Shown here one piece after another: positions 63,801 to 64,000 of a DNA stretch of 64,000 nucleotides. Positions within the stretch are counted from its first letter, which is position 1. Each line of letters begins with the position of its first letter. Location: IMG/VR virus record IMGVR_UViG_3300042344_000419. The stretch is one strand, 5' to 3'. The notes beneath the pieces are model-generated. The model saw nothing but the letters and a program-made list of their open reading frames with translations. It was not told where the DNA came from and searched no databases. The DNA is from an uncultured virus (IMG/VR IMGVR_UViG_3300042344_000419) (lineage: Duplodnaviria; Heunggongvirae; Uroviricota; Caudoviricetes). A program made the translations under genes and the position numbers.

Positions 63801-64000
63801 AAATTAGTCTGTTAGGTGTAAGCGTCAGCACTTATATGTCCAGCGATTTCTTTTTAAAAATAAAAAGATTTTCATTTTGACGAGAAACCCTCGACTGAAA
63901 ACGAAGTGTAGGATCTCTGCATTAATGTATTAAACTTGTTCACAAGTTAAAGGGTTACAATTGTAGTCTTCTACGCGCAAGCCGTTTCCAAGGTGTTAAA

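Noticed and set aside
1..64000. Alternative genetic code or stop-codon reassignment
   Set aside because: Standard-code ORFs tile the window densely, and TAA, TGA and TAG all end plausible genes.

Overview
The whole window is part of a tailed dsDNA bacteriophage genome, probably podovirus-like with a Gram-negative host; it contains no cellular housekeeping genes. The + strand block at 1-38.7 kb holds morphogenesis genes: major capsid, lysis cassette, tail tube/nozzle-like genes, three tail-collar paralogues, long fibres and receptor-binding proteins, ejection proteins, a 3481-aa polyvalent protein and a glucosaminidase-like hydrolase. The - strand block at 38.8-51.8 kb holds early/accessory genes, including a C5 DNA methyltransferase, a GP88-like protein and a MoxR AAA+/vWA pair. 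A TerS-like gene, a divergent non-coding region with an HNH gene (possible genome end) and a putative origin follow. The - strand replication module at 53.8-63.8 kb encodes primase-helicase, PolA, an SSB-like protein, a split Cas4-like nuclease, an SF2 helicase, a RuvC-like protein and an HTH protein. Portal and large terminase were not recognised and probably lie outside the window. Main observations: (1) six promoter-like elements with a 15-bp -35/-10 spacer, four apparently leaderless; (2) an ECF-sigma-like region plus metallopeptidase, kinase and ADP-ribosyltransferase domains in the giant putative virion protein; (3) a structured ~160-nt leader before the capsid gene; (4) a split or frameshifted Fe-S nuclease and a nested alternative-frame ORF in the methyltransferase. 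All family assignments come from motif recognition by eye, not from database searches.
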